Origin: an uncultured Gemmatimonadales bacterium
Lineage (GTDB): Bacteria; Gemmatimonadota; Gemmatimonadetes; Gemmatimonadales; GWC2-71-9
DNA: 64,000 bases
Direction of reading: 5' to 3'
Assembly (NCBI GenBank): GCA_963730185.1
Contig: CAVSQW010000008.1
Coordinates: forward strand, 416,001-480,000
Positions within the stretch are counted from its first letter, which is position 1. Every line of letters begins with the position of its first letter. The position numbers were made by a program, and so were the translations under genes. Of the stretch, positions 48,728-59,417 are shown one piece after another. Below the pieces are notes generated by a model. It was not told the origin of the DNA, made no database searches, and saw only the letters and a program-made list of their open reading frames with translations.

Positions 48728-51028
48728 ATGCAGCGACAGCTTCTGATCCTGGGGTTGACCATCCTGGCTGGCCTTGCAGGGCCCTTGGTCCCGGCGGCGC
48801 GGGCCCAGACGGTCCAGCCAGGGCGGTTCGAGGTCCCGGGGCTCGACTGGGGGCCGAACGCGGCTTGGCGCCGGCAGGCACGGCAGGTCAGGGCCACCCG
48901 ACAGGCCATGCTCAAGGCCGGACGATTCGGTCTGCTCAACGCCCCGCCCCTGTTCGCCCTCGCGGCACCCGGGGGGGCGAACGGCACCGCGGTGACGGGG
49001 GTCTTCAACGTCCCGGTCATTCCTTTCGCGTACTCCGACGTCCCCGCGCCCTATAGCAAGCAGGAGTTCCAGGACGTCCTCTTCCAGACAGCACCGCCGT
49101 ATGGTCGCCCCTACACGCTCAAGACGTACTACGAGGAGCTGTCGCACGGACTGATCCAGATGTTCGGCACGGTGTTCGATCCGGTGCGGACCGACAGCAC
49201 GGCCGAGTATTACCAGCAGAACTGCAACGGGCTCAACCTGCCGGGTCGGACGGCCTGTCCCGACAACGGCAAGCGCTTCGGCAACATGCTGATCGCCGCC
49301 CTGGATTCGATCACCAATCGGCCCGGCGGCGACACGGTCTGGGCTGAGTTCGACAACGACGGCCCCGACCACCAACCGAACTCGGGTGACGACGACGGGG
49401 TCGTCGACTTCGTGACTTTTCTGCAGCCGACGGTCGACGGCGCTTGTGGCACCCCAGGCATTTGGGCCCATCGGTGGGTGATCTCGGTCTGGAACGGCGG
49501 GTCGCCGTACGTGACCAAGACTCCTTGGGCGGGGCACCCGGGACAGTTCATCAAGGTGGAGAACTACACCATCCAGAGCGAGGTCGGTGGAGCGAGCGGC
49601 TGCGACCACCCTCAGGGAATGACGGCTCCGATCATGCCGATCGGCACCATCGCTCACGAGACCGGCCACGCCTTCGGCCTCCCCGACCTCTACGACACCC
49701 AGACCGGCACCGAGGGGATCGGAGAGTGGGGAATCATGGGAAGCGGCAACTACGCCAAGGCATTCAGCCCAGCCCAGTACGATCCCTGGTCGATGAGCCA
49801 GCTGGGATGGATCACCGTGGCGCCGCTGACCCAGACCTCGGTGATCACCACCGGGCCGCGCCAGCTGACCGACACGGTGTTCATGGCGCAGAGCCCCAGC
49901 CCTGACGAGTACGTCCTGATCGAGAACCGGCAGGCAGTCCACTCCGACTCGGCGATGTTCGATCCCAACAACACGGCGTCGCCGACCGGGACGCCCCCCT
50001 GCAAGTCCAAGTGCCGGAAGGTGCCGGGACTCCTGATCTGGCACATCGACGACGGCCGGATCCTCCAGGGGCAGGGGTCCAACACCATCAACACCGGTCC
50101 GATCCAAGGGGTCGAGGTGGAACAGGCCGACGGCCTCAACAATCTGCGGAGCACGAGCTCCACGACCCGGAACCGGGGCGATGCCGGGGATACGTGGCCC
50201 GGCGACTCGAGCCGGGTGGTGTACGGGTTCCGCACCAACCCCGCCGCCAAGACCCACTACAGTGAGTACGACGGCTTCGTGATCGATCAGATCGCGGACC
50301 TGGGCGGCGGGGTGATGCGGTTCCGTTACCTCCAGCGGGGCCTGACCGTGGTGCGATCGAACACGCTGGGCGCCCTGATTCGCTTCGACGGGGCGCCCTG
50401 GGCCACGTACTCGGACGCCCTGCCGGAGGGAACGGCGTTTACGGTCGGGGTCGACAGCGTTCAGGAGACGGTGCCGGGTGTGAGCCGAGCCGCGTTCCTG
50501 AACTGGAGCAACGGCGGGCCGCGGGAGCAGGCGCTCACCAGCGGGCCGGTCCCCGACACCCTGGTGGCGAGCTTCGCGGTCGAGCATCGCCTCAAGGTGA
50601 CGGAAACGGGTGGCGGGCTCGGGACGGTGACGGCCAGCGTCAACGGCGACTTCGGGGCCGGGGTGTTCCTCCCGGCGGGGACGCCGGTTACCCTCACGGC
50701 CGCGCCGAGCGGGAGCGACGTCTTCGCGGGCTGGCGGGGCGACACGACGTCGATCGCGACCGAGATCACCTTGCCCATGAACCGGGCCTACACGCTCGAG
50801 GCGTCGTTCGTCGCCTTCGTGGACGTCACCTTGTCCGACGCCACCGACGACATCCTCGGCACCCCCAAGCTCTCGGCGGCGCAGAAGACCTTCCTCGACG
50901 GGCTGGGGAATCGGAACGGATCGTACGACGTCGGCGACTATCTGGCCCTCCTCAAGCGGAACGGGCAGGCGGTCCCGGAGGCCGTGGTGCGGGCACTGAA
51001 GGCGGCCCCGGCCGGAAAGGGCCAGTGA
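48728..51028 (+). CDS. Secreted M6 family (immune inhibitor A-like) metalloprotease
   Basis: Signal ending ARA-Q; YYEELSHG, FDNDGPD..DDDGVVD, HETGHAFGLPDLYD (HExxH), WGIMGSG, LIENRQ, GLLIWHID, VEQADG. Confidence 0.88.
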   Translation: MQRQLLILGLTILAGLAGPLVPAARAQTVQPGRFEVPGLDWGPNAAWRRQARQVRATRQAMLKAGRFGLLNAPPLFALAAPGGANGTAVTGVFNVPVIPFAYSDVPAPYSKQEFQDVLFQTAPPYGRPYTLKTYYEELSHGLIQMFGTVFDPVRTDSTAEYYQQNCNGLNLPGRTACPDNGKRFGNMLIAALDSITNRPGGDTVWAEFDNDGPDHQPNSGDDDGVVDFVTFLQPTVDGACGTPGIWAHRWVISVWNGGSPYVTKTPWAGHPGQFIKVENYTIQSEVGGASGCDHPQGMTAPIMPIGTIAHETGHAFGLPDLYDTQTGTEGIGEWGIMGSGNYAKAFSPAQYDPWSMSQLGWITVAPLTQTSVITTGPRQLTDTVFMAQSPSPDEYVLIENRQAVHSDSAMFDPNNTASPTGTPPCKSKCRKVPGLLIWHIDDGRILQGQGSNTINTGPIQGVEVEQADGLNNLRSTSSTTRNRGDAGDTWPGDSSRVVYGFRTNPAAKTHYSEYDGFVIDQIADLGGGVMRFRYLQRGLTVVRSNTLGALIRFDGAPWATYSDALPEGTAFTVGVDSVQETVPGVSRAAFLNWSNGGPREQALTSGPVPDTLVASFAVEHRLKVTETGGGLGTVTASVNGDFGAGVFLPAGTPVTLTAAPSGSDVFAGWRGDTTSIATEITLPMNRAYTLEASFVAFVDVTLSDATDDILGTPKLSAAQKTFLDGLGNRNGSYDVGDYLALLKRNGQAVPEAVVRALKAAPAGKGQ

Positions 51029-51029
51029 G

Positions 51030-51419
51030 ATGATGCGCCGACTGCTCTTGGTGGCCGCCGCGGTCGGGCTTGCCGCCTGCGGAAACAAGTCCATGCCGGT
51101 CGAGCCGGTGGCGGGCGATCTGACGCTGGCCTTTTCGTCGCCGGTGGGGAACGACGGCGCCCTGCTGCTGCTCGTCTCCGGTGGACCGGTGACCACGGTC
51201 ACGGCCCTCAACGGCTATCAGGTGGCCTCGGCACCGGCGGGCACCAACCTGACTCGGATCGTGGTTACTGGCAATCTGGTGGCCGGCGACGTGGTCAAGA
51301 TCGCGATTCCCGACACGTCGGCGTCGGCAGCCTACTCGGCCCGGGTGGAAGCGGCCGCCAACCGGAACACCTTCGCCCTGTCGGATCCCCTGTCGTACAC
51401 CGCCGGTCTCCGGAAGTAG
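51030..51419 (+). CDS. Hypothetical lipoprotein
   Basis: Lipobox LAAC; 1 bp after the M6 protease stop. Confidence 0.7.
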   Translation: MMRRLLLVAAAVGLAACGNKSMPVEPVAGDLTLAFSSPVGNDGALLLLVSGGPVTTVTALNGYQVASAPAGTNLTRIVVTGNLVAGDVVKIAIPDTSASAAYSARVEAAANRNTFALSDPLSYTAGLRK

Positions 51420-51436
51420 CGGGCGGGTCGGCGGTC

Positions 51437-53617
51437 ATGGAGCGGCGCGAGTTTCTCAAGGTGAGCGCGGCCACCGGGGCCGCCCTGACGCTGGCGGTGT
51501 CGCTCGACGGCTGCGGTGCCGAGGCTCTGCCGGCGGGCCCCGCCGGGAGCTTCGCCCCCAATGCCTGGATCCGGATCGACGACCAGGGCACGGTGACCGT
51601 GATGGTCGACCGGGCGGAGATGGGGCAGGGGGTGAGCACGGCCCTCCCGATGCTCGTGGCCGAGGAGCTCGACGCGGACTGGGAGCGGGTGCGGTTCGAG
51701 GCGGCCCCGGCCAACGAGGCCTACTACAACCCGCTGCTCAAGGCGCAGATCACCGGTGGGAGCACCTCGATCCTGGCGGCCTGGACGCCGCTCCGGCGGG
51801 CCGGGGCCGCGGCTCGCGCCATGCTCCTGTCGGCCGCGGCGCTGGAGTGGGGGGTGGAGGTCGCCGCCTGCCGGACCGAGGCCGGCGAGGTGGTCCACGA
51901 GGCCTCCGGGCGGCGGGCGGGGTATGGAGCCTTGGTCCCGCGGGCCGCCACCCTCGCGGTGCCGGACCAGGTTGCCCTCAAGCCCCGAACGGCCTATCGC
52001 CTGATCGGCACTCCGGTGCCCCGACTGGACGTTCCGGACAAAGTCACCGGTCGGGCCCGTTTCGGGGCCGATGCCGGGCCGGCCGGGGTGTTGGTTGCGG
52101 TGGTGGCGCGATGCCCCGTCTTCGGGGGCAAGGTCGTCCGCTACGACGGGGCTCGGGCGCTGGCGGTCCCCGGCGTCAAGCAGGTGGTGCCGATCGACAG
52201 CGGCGTGGCGGTGGTGGCCGAGCACACCTGGGCCGCCCTGGAAGGGCGGAAGGCCCTCGAGGTGACCTGGAACGAGGGACCGGACGCGACCATCGACGAT
52301 GCCGCCATCCGGGCCGAGCTCGAGGCCCTCACGGGCGAGGCCGGCGCGTCGGCTCGGCGCCTCGGAGATCCTGGCGGCGTCAACCCGCCCACCCGGATCG
52401 AGGCGGTCTACGAGGTTCCCTACTTGGCGCATGCCACGATGGAGCCGATGAACTGTACCGCCGATGTGAGCTCGGACGGCGTCACCCTGTGGGTGCCGAC
52501 CCAGTTCCAGGCCGGGCCGAGCTACTTCGCGGGGGGTGGGGCGCGGGGCGTGGCGGCGAGCGTGGCCGGCGTCGGGACCGACCGGGTGACGGTGCACACG
52601 ACGATGCTGGGCGGTGGGTTCGGCCGGCGGAGCGAGCTCGACATGGTGGGCGAGGCGGTGGCCGTGTCGAAGGCCGTCGGGGCGCCGGTGCGGCTGCAGT
52701 GGACCCGTGAGGACGACACCCGTCACGACCGGTATCGCCCGGCGGCCCGACATGTGATGACCGGCGGGCTCGCGGCCGACGGCACCCCGGTCCTCTGGCA
52801 GCACCACATCGCGTGTCAGTCGATCATCCGGAAGTTCATGCCCGGGTTTCTGCCTCGCTGGGCCACCCGGATCGCCGGGCCGCTCAAGGGCGGGGTGGAC
52901 GCGAACGCGATCGAGGGCGCGGCGGACCTGCCCTATGCGATTCCGAACCTGGACGTCCGGTACTCGGAGGCGACGCTGCCGATTCCGGTGGGGTTCTGGC
53001 GCTCGGTGGGGCACAGCCACACGGCCTTCGCGGTGGAGAGTTTCATCGACGAGATGGCCCACTCCGGCGGCAAGGACCCGGTGGAGTTCCGACGGTGGCT
53101 GCTTCGAGTGGCACCCCGCCACCTCGCGGTGCTCGACCTGGCGGCCGAGCGGGCGGGATGGGGCACGGAGCCGCCGAAGGGACGGTTCCGCGGCGTGGCC
53201 GTGCACGAGTCGTTCGGGAGCTTCGTCGCGCAGGTGGCCGAGGTCTCGGTGGAGCAGGGGACGATCCGGGTGCACCGGGTGACCTGCGCGATCGACTGCG
53301 GGGTGGTGGTGAACCCCGACATCGTCAAGGCCCAGATGGAGGGTGGCATCGCCTATGGCCTCTCGGCGGCCCTGCACGGCGGCGTCACGATCGAGAAGGG
53401 CCGGGTCCGGCAGGGGAACTTCAACGACTACCGGGTCCTCCGGATCGACGAGATGCCGGTCGTCGACGTACACTTGGTGCCGAGCGACCAGCCACCGGGC
53501 GGCGCCGGCGAGCCCGGCACCCCGCCGATCGCCCCCGCCGTGGCCAACGCGGTCTTCGCGGCGACCGGGACCCGCCTGCGGTCGCTCCCGTTGGTGATAG
53601 GGAGTAGGGAATCGTGA
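51437..53617 (+). CDS. Molybdopterin oxidoreductase large subunit (isoquinoline 1-oxidoreductase beta / IorB-like)
   Basis: Tat [58 protein letters not shown]. Confidence 0.88.
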   Translation: MERREFLKVSAATGAALTLAVSLDGCGAEALPAGPAGSFAPNAWIRIDDQGTVTVMVDRAEMGQGVSTALPMLVAEELDADWERVRFEAAPANEAYYNPLLKAQITGGSTSILAAWTPLRRAGAAARAMLLSAAALEWGVEVAACRTEAGEVVHEASGRRAGYGALVPRAATLAVPDQVALKPRTAYRLIGTPVPRLDVPDKVTGRARFGADAGPAGVLVAVVARCPVFGGKVVRYDGARALAVPGVKQVVPIDSGVAVVAEHTWAALEGRKALEVTWNEGPDATIDDAAIRAELEALTGEAGASARRLGDPGGVNPPTRIEAVYEVPYLAHATMEPMNCTADVSSDGVTLWVPTQFQAGPSYFAGGGARGVAASVAGVGTDRVTVHTTMLGGGFGRRSELDMVGEAVAVSKAVGAPVRLQWTREDDTRHDRYRPAARHVMTGGLAADGTPVLWQHHIACQSIIRKFMPGFLPRWATRIAGPLKGGVDANAIEGAADLPYAIPNLDVRYSEATLPIPVGFWRSVGHSHTAFAVESFIDEMAHSGGKDPVEFRRWLLRVAPRHLAVLDLAAERAGWGTEPPKGRFRGVAVHESFGSFVAQVAEVSVEQGTIRVHRVTCAIDCGVVVNPDIVKAQMEGGIAYGLSAALHGGVTIEKGRVRQGNFNDYRVLRIDEMPVVDVHLVPSDQPPGGAGEPGTPPIAPAVANAVFAATGTRLRSLPLVIGSRES

Positions 53618-53762
53618 GTAGGGAGTAGGGAGGGAGTAGGGAGTGGGCAATGGGGGTGCGCGTCCCCGAGGGGCTGCTCACCGCCCCCTCCCGATTCACC
53701 ACTCCCTCCCGATTCACCACTCCCTCACTCACCACTCCCTCCTCCCGATTCACTAGTCCCTA
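53598..53762. repeat. Heptamer-based intergenic inverted-repeat element, copy 4
   Basis: GGAGTAG GGAATCG TGAGTAG GGAGTAG..GGAGTGG, then CTCCCGATTCACCACTCC twice in tandem, then CGATTCA CTAGTCC CTA. Overlaps the stop codons of both flanking convergent genes. Confidence 0.82.
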
Positions 53763-55630
53763 CTTGCGACCTCATCAGCCGGCTGGCTGGTGAAGTCCTC
53801 CCCCGGGTTGATGAACCGGTCGCGCTCGATCCGGTACTGCTTCTCGTACAGCTGCCGGTAGCGTCCGTCGACCGCGAGGAGCTCGGCGTGGGTGCCGCGC
53901 TCCACGACCTGACCTTCTTCGATCACCAGGATCTGGTCCGCGCTCATGATGGTGCTGAGCCGGTGGGCGATCACGAACGTGGTCCGACCGGCCCGGAGCG
54001 ACTTGAGGCCGTCCTGGATCAGGGCTTCGGACTCGCTGTCGAGGCTCGAGGTGGCTTCGTCGAGCAGCAGGATGGACGGGTCGGCCAGGATGGCGCGGGC
54101 GATGGCGATCCGCTGGCGCTGACCGCCCGAGAGCCGGACTCCGCGTTCGCCGACGATGGTGTCGTACCCGTTCTCGAAGTCCTGGATGAACTCGTCGCTG
54201 TGGGCGATCGTGCTGACTCGCTTCACGTCCTCCATCGTGGCGTCGGGCCGGGAGAAGCGGATGTTGTCCGCCACGGTTCCGTCGAACAGGAAGTTGTCCT
54301 GCAGGACGATGCCCAGGTGGCTCCGGTAGTCCCGCAGCTTGAGCGTGGCCAGGTCGGTTCCGTCGAGCAGGAGCCGGCCCTGGGTAGGCCGGTTGAAGGC
54401 CATGACCAGGCTCATCAGGGTGCTCTTCCCCGAGCCGCTCGATCCCACCAGGGCGGTCGTGGTGCCGGCCGGCGCCTTGAACGAGATTCCCCGCAAGACC
54501 GGCGTGCCGGGGTTGTACTCGAACCAGACGTCCTGGAACTCGATCTCGCCGCGGACCGTGTGCAGGGGACGGCGGTCGACATCCTCGTCGTCCTCGGTCG
54601 CGGTTTGCCGGAGGTCGCGAATCCGGTCCAATCCGGCGAAGGCCTCGCTGACCTGGGTGCCGATCGAGGCGAGTTGGATGAGCGGAACCGCGATCATGCC
54701 GGTAAAGAGCACGTACATGAAGTAGTCGCCGACCGTCATCGCCCCGCTCAGGACCCGGCCTCCGCCCACCACGATCATCAGGGCTCCGATGGCGCCCACG
54801 ATCACCGACGAGAAGGCGCTCACGGCCGAGACGCCGGTCATGGTGGTCGCCACGTTCCGGAACAGCCGGTGCACGCCCCGGGCGAAGACCAGCTCCTCGC
54901 GGCGCTCGGCCACGTACGACTTGACCACCCGGATCCCGCCCAGCGTCTCGGTCAGACGACCGGTCACCTCCGCGTTGATCTTGCTCCGCTCCCGGAAGAT
55001 GGGGCGCAGCTTGGTGAACGCGACCGACATCCCGCCGGCGAAGAGGAGGAGCACGACCAGGGTGATCGCCGTGAGCTGCCAGTTCAGGAAGAACAGGATG
55101 CCGAGCACGATCACCGCGGTCACCAGGCCGCCGGTGATCTGGACCAGGCCCGTTCCGACCAGGTTTCGGATGCCCTCGGCGTCGCTCATGATCCGGCTCA
55201 CCAGGGTGCCGGTCTGGGTGGCATCGAAGGCCCGGACGGGTAGCCGCACCACGTGCTCCATCACGGCCCGGCGCATGTCCGTGATGGCGCGCTGAGCCGC
55301 GATGCCGAGCATCCGGGTCAGGGCGAACGAGGTTGAAGCCTGGATCAGGGTCGCGACCACCGCGGCCGCCGCGATGGCGAGCAGCTGGCCATGTCGATCC
55401 GCCGGCAGGAGGCGGCTCAGCATCGGGCTCATCGCCGGGCTCGGGGTCGAGACCGGCATCAGCACGTGATCGATCAGGAACTTGGAGCTGCCGGGCAGCA
55501 CCAGGCCGGCCAGGCGGTTCACGAGCATGATTGCCATGCCCAGGCCCAGCCGGCGGCGGTGCTTCCAGATCAGGGCCCGTGCTTCGACCCAGGCGGCCTT
55601 GTAGTTGGTCTTGCGTTTTGGCGGAGTCAT
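53753..55630 (-). CDS. ABC exporter, fused permease/ATPase (MsbA/MdlB-like)
   Basis: TM domain followed by GSSGSGKS, LSGGQRQRIAIARA, LLLDEATS, IAHRLST. Confidence 0.92.
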   Translation of the reverse strand: MTPPKRKTNYKAAWVEARALIWKHRRRLGLGMAIMLVNRLAGLVLPGSSKFLIDHVLMPVSTPSPAMSPMLSRLLPADRHGQLLAIAAAAVVATLIQASTSFALTRMLGIAAQRAITDMRRAVMEHVVRLPVRAFDATQTGTLVSRIMSDAEGIRNLVGTGLVQITGGLVTAVIVLGILFFLNWQLTAITLVVLLLFAGGMSVAFTKLRPIFRERSKINAEVTGRLTETLGGIRVVKSYVAERREELVFARGVHRLFRNVATTMTGVSAVSAFSSVIVGAIGALMIVVGGGRVLSGAMTVGDYFMYVLFTGMIAVPLIQLASIGTQVSEAFAGLDRIRDLRQTATEDDEDVDRRPLHTVRGEIEFQDVWFEYNPGTPVLRGISFKAPAGTTTALVGSSGSGKSTLMSLVMAFNRPTQGRLLLDGTDLATLKLRDYRSHLGIVLQDNFLFDGTVADNIRFSRPDATMEDVKRVSTIAHSDEFIQDFENGYDTIVGERGVRLSGGQRQRIAIARAILADPSILLLDEATSSLDSESEALIQDGLKSLRAGRTTFVIAHRLSTIMSADQILVIEEGQVVERGTHAELLAVDGRYRQLYEKQYRIERDRFINPGEDFTSQPADEVASRD

Positions 55631-55638
55631 CTCTCGTC

Positions 55639-56088
55639 TCAGCGCTGGCGCCGCAGCTCCTCAACCCTGGCCTGGTGTCGGCCGAACATGTCGCGGCCGG
55701 CCTCGGTCTCGGTCGCGACCCACTCCGTATTGCGGAGGAATCGCGGCCCGGTAGAGGTGCGGATCTCGTCTAGATAAGGATGCAGCTTGGCGAGCAGGAT
55801 CAGGGCCTCGCCGCCGCTCGAATCCGCCAGGTAGTCGGCGTGGACGATCCCGTGGCGGGCGAGACCGTAGACCATCTCCCAATAGTCCACCACTTGGCGG
55901 AACGACTCGTTATGGGGGTGCTCGTTGTTCAGGATGGCGGTGACGTCGGAGGCGGCCTTGGGCCAGAAATCGCGGCTGATTACCCGCCGGGCGTCCCGGA
56001 GGACCTCCTCCCGCCGAAGCTCGTAGACCTTGAGGACCAGCTCGGCGTCGTGGTGGTCGGGGAAGTCCTTGGGCGACGGTACTCTCAT
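55639..56088 (-). CDS. Conserved-looking hypothetical protein (DUF4760-like)
   Basis: ATG 56088 overlaps the RND stop; DAELVLKVYELRREEVLRDAR...FRQVVDYWEM. Confidence 0.6.
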   Translation of the reverse strand: MRVPSPKDFPDHHDAELVLKVYELRREEVLRDARRVISRDFWPKAASDVTAILNNEHPHNESFRQVVDYWEMVYGLARHGIVHADYLADSSGGEALILLAKLHPYLDEIRTSTGPRFLRNTEWVATETEAGRDMFGRHQARVEELRRQR

Positions 56089-59000
56089 GAGGTGCTCTCC
56101 CTGGCCATGGAGGCCGGGCTTGGCTCGAGCTGGCTCGCGCCCCGGCGGCGCCTCACCCAGCGGGTCGCCTTCTCCCGGAGCTCGAACAGGATCTCGTAGA
56201 AGGTCGGGATCACCAGCAGGGTGAGGAACGTCGAAGTGATGACGCCGCCGATGACGGCCACGCCGAGGGGGGAGCGGAACTGCGATCCTTCCCCGGTGCC
56301 CAGCGCGATCGGTGTCATGCCCGCAATCAGGGCCACCGTCGTCATCATGATGGGGCGGAGCCGGATCCCGCCGGCCTCGATCAGGGCGTCCCGAATGGAA
56401 AGGCCCCGATCGGCCCTGGCCCACTTCGCGAAATCGATCAAGAGGATCGCATTCTTGGCCACCAGGCCCATTAGCAGGATCACGCCGATCAAGCTCATGA
56501 TGTTGATGGTATAGCCCGCCAGCGAGAGCGCCAGCATCACCCCGATCAGCGAGAGGGGGAGCGATGCCATGATCGCGAGCGGATCCATGAACGAGCCGAA
56601 CTGCATTACCAGCACCAGGTACATCAGGAGCACGGCGATCGCGAGCGAGAGGAAGATGCTCCGGAACGACTCCGCCTGGAACTCCTGGTCCCCACCCTGG
56701 CTGACCGTGACCCCGCCGGGTCCGGGCTTGCCGAGCTGATAGCCCAGCTTCTCGATCCGGGCCTGGACGTCGGAAAACACTTCGCCCGTGGACCGGCCGG
56801 CAACGTTCCACTCCACCGCGACGTTCACCTCGCGGTTCAGGTGGTTGATGGCGGCCGGGCCGAGGCTCTGACTGATGTCGGCCACCTGGCCGAGCGGGAG
56901 CGTCGTCGGGCCGTTGGGGCCGGGCACGACGAGCGGGAGGTCGGCCAGGTCGGTGACGTGCTCCCGGTACTGGGGTGAGAGCCGGATGGTGACGTCCCGG
57001 GTCTCCCCGCTCGGGTCGATCCAGTCGCCGGCATCGATCCCGGCGAAGGCGGGTCGGAGGGACTGCGCGACCTGACCGACGGTCACCCCCAGCGCGCCCG
57101 CGAGCCCGCGATTGAGCTCCACGTTCAGCTCGGGCTTCTGCCCCTTGGTCGAGAGGCCCAGGTCCACGACGTTGGGGACCTGGGCGACCTCGCCCTTGAT
57201 CTGGTCGGCCACCGCCGCGAGTGTGCCCGGGTCGTTGCCCTGGACGTTCAGGGCGAGCTGCTTCCGTCCGCCACCGAAGTCGGTGGTGAACACCGACGTG
57301 GTGAAGCCGCTCAGCTGCGACGTCTGGTGCCGCACCTCCTCGGCGATGACCTCCACGCTCCGGCCGGGGCGGTCCGTCTTGGGAGTGACCCGGACGTAGA
57401 AGTTCGCTACGTCCACCGCGCCCGATTGCCCGGCGCCGAGGGTGACGTAGGTGTAGCGGAGCTCGGGGAGCCGGCGGAGGATGGCCTCCACCTGGCCCGC
57501 CTTCTGCCGGGTGAACTGCAGGCTCGAGCCGGGCGGAGTCTCCACCTTGATGAAGAACTCCGAGCGGTCGTCGATCGGAAAGAACCCGACACCCACCTTG
57601 CGGAAGGTCGGCGCGATCCGGACCAGGGCGAACGCCAGCACCAGGCCGCCCGCGAGGCCGAACACCTTGACGTACCAGGCCCGCCGGGGGCCGGCGGCCC
57701 AGGCCATGACCCCGATCCCGACCAGGGCGCCGAGCAGGCCGAGCAGTCCCTTGCCGGGGAGGATGAAGGCGGCGACGAAGGTGCCGGCCGTGATGATCAC
57801 CATCGACAGCCGGTGGTCGAGCGCCCAGGCGATGATCCGCTTGTAGCGCTCCGCCTGCCGCATGAACCAGTGGTTGAACCCGGTCAGCCGCTTGGTGATC
57901 CAGCCCTGCTGCTGGAACGGCTTCCGGTGGTCCGGCCAGTACGCGGAGAGCATCGGGTCGAGCGAAAACGACACCAGCAGCGAGACCGCGACCGAACAGG
58001 CGATGGTGAGTGCGAAGGGCTGCATCCATTGTTCGGTCATCCCGCCCTGGAACGCGACCGGGATGAAGACCGCCAGGATCGAGAAGGTCGTGGCGGCCAC
58101 GGCGAGCCCGATCTCGTCGGTCCCTTCGTGGGCGGCCGTCACGTGATCCTTCCCCATCTCCACGTGTCGGACGATGTTTTCCCGGACCACGATGGCGTCG
58201 TCGATCAGCACCCCGATGGCCAGCGAGAGGCCCAGCAGCGACATCGTGTTGAGGGTGAACCCGAAGGCCCACACCGCGATGAACGAGGCCAGCACCGACA
58301 CCGGCAGGGCCAGACCGGTGATGACGGTCGACCGCCACGAGTTGAGGAAGACGAACACCACGAGCACGGTAAGCAGGGCGCCCTCGATCAGGGCCTTCTC
58401 GACTTCCCACACCGAGCGGCGGACTCGCTCGCCGGAGTTCCGGACGACGGCGATGCTGGTGCCCTCGGGGAGCGTCGTCTTGACCTGGTCGATCCGGGCC
58501 AGGATCCGATCGCTCACGTCCGTGGTGCTGTAGCCCTGGGCCTTCTTGATGTCGATCCCGACCGACTCGACCCCGTTGTAGAGAGCCAGCGTCCGCTGCT
58601 CCTCGAACCCGTCCTTGACGGTTGCGATGTCACCGAGGCGGATCGGCTGGCCGTTCCGCTCGACGACCGCGATCTGGTCGAAGTCGCGGGGCGCCGCCGG
58701 GCGGCCCTTGAGGCGGATCGAACGCTCGGCCTCCTTGGTCTCGATTCGCCCGACCGGGCTGGCCAGGTTCTGGAGCTGGAGCGCCTGGACCACCTGGGCC
58801 ACGCTGATGCCGGCGGCCTGGAGGGCCTTGGGATGGAGCTCGACCGTGAGCTCCCGCTCGAGCTTTCCGGCGACGGTCACCTCGGCCACGCCGCCGAGCG
58901 AGCGGAGCTCGCGGGTGATGCCGGGATCGGCGAGACGGGTGAGCTCCCCGGGCGTGAGCTTGGTCGACGACAGGGCCAGCGACACGATCGGCCGGTCCGT

Positions 59001-59399
59001 GTCGTTGAACTTCTTGATGATCGGCTCCTTGAGCTCCTCGGGTAGGTCGCCCCGAATCCCGGAGATCGCGTCGCGGATGTCCTGGGTGGCCTCCGGGAGC
59101 GGCTTGCCGAACTGGAACTCGACCAGGAGCTGGCCGAAGCCGTCCTCCGAGGTGCTGTTGACCTTCTTGACGCCGGAGATCGAGGCGATCGCTTCCTCGA
59201 TCGGATTGATGACTTCCTTCTCCACCCCGTCGGGTGACGCGCCCGGGTAGATGAGCGCCACGGTCACGAACGGCGGGTTGATGTCGGGAAACTCGTCGGT
59301 CTTGAGCTTGAGGAGCGCGAAGGCGCCGAACGCCACGAGCGAGAGCATCGCGACGATGGTGATGACCGGTCGCTTGATCGCGAAATCGGAAATAACCAC
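56085..59399 (-). CDS. RND efflux transporter permease (AcrB family)
   Basis: ISDFAIKRP, YPGASP, LAIGVLIDDAIVVRENI, GLVAKNAILLIDF, RLRPIMMTT. Confidence 0.93.
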   Translation of the reverse strand: MVISDFAIKRPVITIVAMLSLVAFGAFALLKLKTDEFPDINPPFVTVALIYPGASPDGVEKEVINPIEEAIASISGVKKVNSTSEDGFGQLLVEFQFGKPLPEATQDIRDAISGIRGDLPEELKEPIIKKFNDTDRPIVSLALSSTKLTPGELTRLADPGITRELRSLGGVAEVTVAGKLERELTVELHPKALQAAGISVAQVVQALQLQNLASPVGRIETKEAERSIRLKGRPAAPRDFDQIAVVERNGQPIRLGDIATVKDGFEEQRTLALYNGVESVGIDIKKAQGYSTTDVSDRILARIDQVKTTLPEGTSIAVVRNSGERVRRSVWEVEKALIEGALLTVLVVFVFLNSWRSTVITGLALPVSVLASFIAVWAFGFTLNTMSLLGLSLAIGVLIDDAIVVRENIVRHVEMGKDHVTAAHEGTDEIGLAVAATTFSILAVFIPVAFQGGMTEQWMQPFALTIACSVAVSLLVSFSLDPMLSAYWPDHRKPFQQQGWITKRLTGFNHWFMRQAERYKRIIAWALDHRLSMVIITAGTFVAAFILPGKGLLGLLGALVGIGVMAWAAGPRRAWYVKVFGLAGGLVLAFALVRIAPTFRKVGVGFFPIDDRSEFFIKVETPPGSSLQFTRQKAGQVEAILRRLPELRYTYVTLGAGQSGAVDVANFYVRVTPKTDRPGRSVEVIAEEVRHQTSQLSGFTTSVFTTDFGGGRKQLALNVQGNDPGTLAAVADQIKGEVAQVPNVVDLGLSTKGQKPELNVELNRGLAGALGVTVGQVAQSLRPAFAGIDAGDWIDPSGETRDVTIRLSPQYREHVTDLADLPLVVPGPNGPTTLPLGQVADISQSLGPAAINHLNREVNVAVEWNVAGRSTGEVFSDVQARIEKLGYQLGKPGPGGVTVSQGGDQEFQAESFRSIFLSLAIAVLLMYLVLVMQFGSFMDPLAIMASLPLSLIGVMLALSLAGYTINIMSLIGVILLMGLVAKNAILLIDFAKWARADRGLSIRDALIEAGGIRLRPIMMTTVALIAGMTPIALGTGEGSQFRSPLGVAVIGGVITSTFLTLLVIPTFYEILFELREKATRWVRRRRGASQLEPSPASMARESTS

Positions 59400-59417
59400 G
59401 AGACGTCCTCTCCTGGC

